A DNA stretch of 24,000 nt from Acholeplasmataceae bacterium (GTDB lineage: Bacteria > Bacillota_I > Bacilli_A > Acholeplasmatales > Acholeplasmataceae), in NCBI GenBank assembly GCA_963675245.1, contig OY775910.1, positions 752,801-776,800 on the forward strand. Direction: 5' to 3'. The position numbers were made by a program, and so were the translations under genes. How positions within the stretch are numbered: position 1 is the first letter of the stretch; the number at the start of each line of letters is the position of its first letter. Under the pieces are notes generated by a model. It saw nothing but the letters and a program-made list of their open reading frames with translations, did no database searches and was not told the DNA's origin. Shown here piece after piece: positions 22,185 to 24,000 of the stretch.

Positions 22185-22208
22185 TAAAGAAAACTTTTTG
22201 GGGATCAC

Positions 22209-22712
22209 ATGAAAATAGAATATTTTATGATTGAACTTAAAGACATTTTAAAATCCTATTACTGTATATGGTATTTTTCTGAAAATAGCGAAAAGGATTT
22301 TTTAGTTAAAAGCAACAATAAGATTGCCGTATTTGATTATATTGAATCTGTAATTTTATATGCAAGTGTGAATAATATTGGATTATTGGATGAAAAACAG
22401 CATGCAATATACGATTTAAATTATATTCAAGATTTAGTTAATGGAAAAACATCTCACATTGATTGTAGCGATATACTTGATTTTTGGAATATAGTTGATG
22501 CAATATGTAATACACTGAATATTGTTTTCATTGGATTGGAACATAGATTTGATAAACTGTATGATAAATTATTCAGAGGATGTAATACAATATTAAATAA
22601 AGAAATATACACACCTCAATGGAGTAAAAGCGAAATTAATCAGATAAAAAAGTTATTGACAGAATTCCTATTGATTATTAGCAATGTGTTAAAAGGTGCA
22701 CGAAACGACTGA
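22209..22712 (+). CDS. Cassette 4: cytoplasmic protein, unknown function
   Basis: 167 aa with no signal peptide. GGGG RBS. The ORF reads into repeat R4 and stops at the TGA of GACTGAAA. Confidence 0.6.
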   Translation: MKIEYFMIELKDILKSYYCIWYFSENSEKDFLVKSNNKIAVFDYIESVILYASVNNIGLLDEKQHAIYDLNYIQDLVNGKTSHIDCSDILDFWNIVDAICNTLNIVFIGLEHRFDKLYDKLFRGCNTILNKEIYTPQWSKSEINQIKKLLTEFLLIISNVLKGARND

Positions 22713-22794
22713 AATTCCTTGTGTCGGCAGTTCAATTCTGCCCGGAGCAACCACGGAGATCTTAAATAAGCCATTGATAGTGGCTTTTTCTTTT
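22702..22794 (+). repeat. R4: tRNA-Phe 3'-half plus terminator copy
   Basis: Substitutions A38T and C72A in the tRNA part, and trailer changes CCACGG and GAGATC. The terminator stem matches the prototype and the loop matches R1. Confidence 0.95.
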
Positions 22795-22829
22795 GGAGAA
22801 TCATCAATAATCCCTTTGTCAACAATGCC

Positions 22830-22858
22830 TTGTCTAATTTTCATGAATAATATATAAT
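22830..22858 (+). promoter_or_regulatory. Cassette 5 promoter
   Basis: TTGTCT (22830-22835), 17 nt spacer, TATAAT (22853-22858). The -10 starts 59 nt after the T-run. Confidence 0.6.
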
Positions 22859-22882
22859 TAAATAAAAAAGTGGGGAGTATAT

Positions 22883-23188
22883 ATGACACCAGAGATGGAA
22901 AAACTTTACAACAGTCTTAGTACGGTTAAAGTTAAAAATGTTGCACAAGCATATGATTATTTAGGTAACGAAGTAAATGGGCTTGATATGGATCATAAAT
23001 TGTCGTTTGAGATGACTCTAGAAGCTTTAAAGAACGTCAATAAAGATTATAAATTATTAAAAAAATATTATAAAGGTAAAATCGATACTAATCTTGAAAG
23101 TGTTTATACTAAGTATCCAGAAGATTCAGAAGAATATTTCTTTTTAAAGTGCTTAATTAGATTGACTGAATATAATGTCACGAGATAG
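22883..23188 (+). CDS. Cassette 5: small cytoplasmic protein, unknown function
   Basis: 101 aa. GTGGGGAG RBS. Helical, K/E/Y-rich composition. No family recognised. Confidence 0.6.
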   Translation: MTPEMEKLYNSLSTVKVKNVAQAYDYLGNEVNGLDMDHKLSFEMTLEALKNVNKDYKLLKKYYKGKIDTNLESVYTKYPEDSEEYFFLKCLIRLTEYNVTR

Positions 23189-23208
23189 AGGGTTTGACAT
23201 TTGTGTAT

Positions 23209-23231
23209 GAAACGACTGAAAATCTTTATAT
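23209..23231 (+). repeat. R5: core-only copy (pseudo anticodon arm, 20/23 match)
   Basis: GAAACGACTGAAAATCTTTATAT versus consensus GAAACGACTGAAAATCCTTGTGT. No T-arm or terminator follows. Confidence 0.85.
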
Positions 23232-23255
23232 TTACTCGTAAAAGGGGAAGTTAAA

Positions 23256-23570
23256 ATGATATTGTCTGAAAAAACAGATTTAAGTTTCTTTCACGACTCA
23301 AGAGTTGGTGAGATTAATTATAATTATGCGAGCAAATCTTTAATTTTTCACTTGTGTTTAGATAGTTCATCATCAATTAGAAGAGAAGTTGAACTCAAAG
23401 CTAACATTGTTTTTTCTGTAGAATTAAATTCGATAGAGCCTTGGGGACCAGGAATATACATAAATGAGGTCACATTAGAAGATAAAATAGAATTTAAAAG
23501 GCTATCAATAATAATAAATTCAGGAGATATATTTGTTATTGATGCAAATTTATTTGAAATAATTATTTAA
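23256..23570 (+). CDS. Cassette 6: small acidic cytoplasmic protein, immunity-protein-like
   Basis: 104 aa. AAAGGGGAAG RBS. The pattern FHDSRVGEINYNYASKSLIFHL...F..VEL.SIEPWG resembles small immunity proteins of polymorphic-toxin loci. This is similarity by recall only. Confidence 0.55.
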   Translation: MILSEKTDLSFFHDSRVGEINYNYASKSLIFHLCLDSSSSIRREVELKANIVFSVELNSIEPWGPGIYINEVTLEDKIEFKRLSIIINSGDIFVIDANLFEIII

Positions 23571-23577
23571 CATGCAT

Positions 23578-23600
23578 GAAACGACTGAAAATCCTTGTGT
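23578..23600 (+). repeat. R6: core-only copy (23/23 match to consensus)
   Basis: GAAACGACTGAAAATCCTTGTGT, followed directly by TATAAT and unrelated sequence. Confidence 0.9.
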
Positions 23601-23606
23601 TATAAT
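23598..23606 (+). promoter_or_regulatory. Cassette 7 extended -10 promoter formed at the core junction
   Basis: The last bases of the core (TGT) plus TATAAT (23601-23606) give TGtTATAAT. Confidence 0.4.
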
Positions 23607-23655
23607 TATATAATTTAATAACAGGAACAAAAAACTAAGTAAGGAAGAAAATGTC

Positions 23656-24000
23656 ATGAAAACATTAAAGGATATTGAAATTAAGGATTTCAATGAAAGT
23701 AATCTCATTAGATTTAAAAATATAAATATTGATGAAGATACCGAAGTTTACAATGTCACCATGCATGTTTTTGTTAAGAATAATTTTCTACAATGCATAT
23801 CAGAATCATTGACTTTTCATTCTAAAGAACTGTTAACATTTTTTGATAACTGCAAAGACATTTATGATAAATTGACCGGAAACACAACTATTGAATCGAT
23901 AGAAAACAAAAAATGTATATTGACATTGAAAGCAATAAGCAAAGGATATATTGAAATATCTGGAACAATAGAGCAATTAATTGGTTCAAACAAGTGCGAA
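23656..24000 (+). CDS. Cassette 7: cytoplasmic protein, unknown function (3' end beyond window)
   Basis: Not in the supplied ORF track because no stop is reached. ATG 23656 follows AAGGAAG, and the frame stays open for 115 codons to the window edge (MKTLKDIEIKDFNESNLIRFKNINIDEDTEVYNVTMHVF...). Confidence 0.6.
   Translation, partial: MKTLKDIEIKDFNESNLIRFKNINIDEDTEVYNVTMHVFVKNNFLQCISESLTFHSKELLTFFDNCKDIYDKLTGNTTIESIENKKCILTLKAISKGYIEISGTIEQLIGSNKCE

Larger units (their letters stand above)
19887..24000 (+). mobile_element. Tandem array of at least 7 single-ORF cassettes bounded by tRNA-Phe anticodon-arm copies (putative site-specific recombination cassettes, continues beyond the window)
   Basis: Direct repeats start at 19887, 20651, 21338, 22032, 22707, 23214 and 23583 (GACTGAAAA...). 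There is one + strand ORF per interval. No recombinase gene is in the window. Confidence 0.55.

Noticed and set aside
20646-22794. Extra functional tRNA-Phe genes or split-tRNA halves
   Set aside because: No copy has a D-arm or a 5' acceptor strand, and upstream sequence cannot pair with CGGAGCC. The G29C change breaks the anticodon stem, and the T-stem has decayed in R2. They are gene fragments.
20630-22889. Recurrent small ORFs 20630-20818-, 20640-20828+, 21246-21428+, 21872-22099-, 22640-22825- and 22689-22889-, sharing peptides such as APGRIELPTQG and ILPGATMETLNKP
   Set aside because: The shared peptides are translations of the tRNA-Phe half and terminator repeat on either strand. Similarity is at DNA level, the reading frames are not consistently maintained, and the ORFs cross predicted terminators and promoters.
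22883-23570. Toxin-antitoxin pair formed by the 101-aa and 104-aa ORFs
   Set aside because: The sizes and apparent co-transcription fit, but neither protein shows a toxin or DNA-binding antitoxin motif I can recognise. The two are also separated by a cassette core (R5), so they were probably acquired separately.
19887-23600. CRISPR array
   Set aside because: The repeats are 93 bp or 23 bp with 0.3-0.7 kb intervals that each hold a promoter, an RBS and an ORF. There is no short regular spacer structure and no cas genes.
21331-23610. Micro-ORF starting at the ATG of GYATGAAACGACTG (MKRLKILV...)
   Set aside because: An ATG is present only at R2, R5 and R6, while R1 has TTG, R3 has GTGTAA and R4 has CACGAA. 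The downstream frames end at different places (21, 15 and 9 codons), and there is no RBS.
19934-24000. Prophage or classical genomic island integrated at tRNA-Phe
   Set aside because: The window contains no integrase, phage, conjugation or transposase genes. The repeat period of under 0.8 kb is far too small for such elements, hence the cassette interpretation. An integrase beyond 24000 remains possible.

Overview
AT-rich chromosomal window from a Mollicutes-type Firmicute, most consistent with Acholeplasmataceae. This rests on 16S sequence blocks recalled from memory, TGA used as a stop codon rather than Trp, an Rnf complex, and many lipoproteins. No database search was possible. All supported genes lie on the + strand. 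The order is: rnfE (partial), rnfA, a small Cys-rich peptide and a short rnfB; apbE, a NusG_II protein and a Gx transporter; rpmE; tdk, tadA and SRP RNA; a 776-aa repeat-module lipoprotein; a membrane protein, tkt, mnmG, rsmG and DUF951; then tRNA-Tyr and an rRNA operon (16S, tRNA-Ile, tRNA-Ala, 23S, 5S) followed by 11 tRNAs ending in tRNA-Phe(GAA). The main finding starts at tRNA-Phe (19858) and runs to the window end. It is a co-oriented array of at least seven single-ORF cassettes of 0.37-0.76 kb. Each cassette is bounded by a direct copy of the tRNA-Phe anticodon stem-loop. Four of these copies extend through the whole tRNA 3' half, the downstream terminator and a conserved promoter module. 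The cargo is three unrelated small lipoproteins followed by small acidic cytoplasmic proteins that look like immunity proteins. No recombinase is present in the window. I interpret this as an integron-like array built by tandem accretion, using the tRNA-Phe anticodon loop as its attachment site. That is inference from sequence architecture only. All protein calls rest on motifs I recognise by eye, and boundaries of RNA genes are approximate to a few nt.
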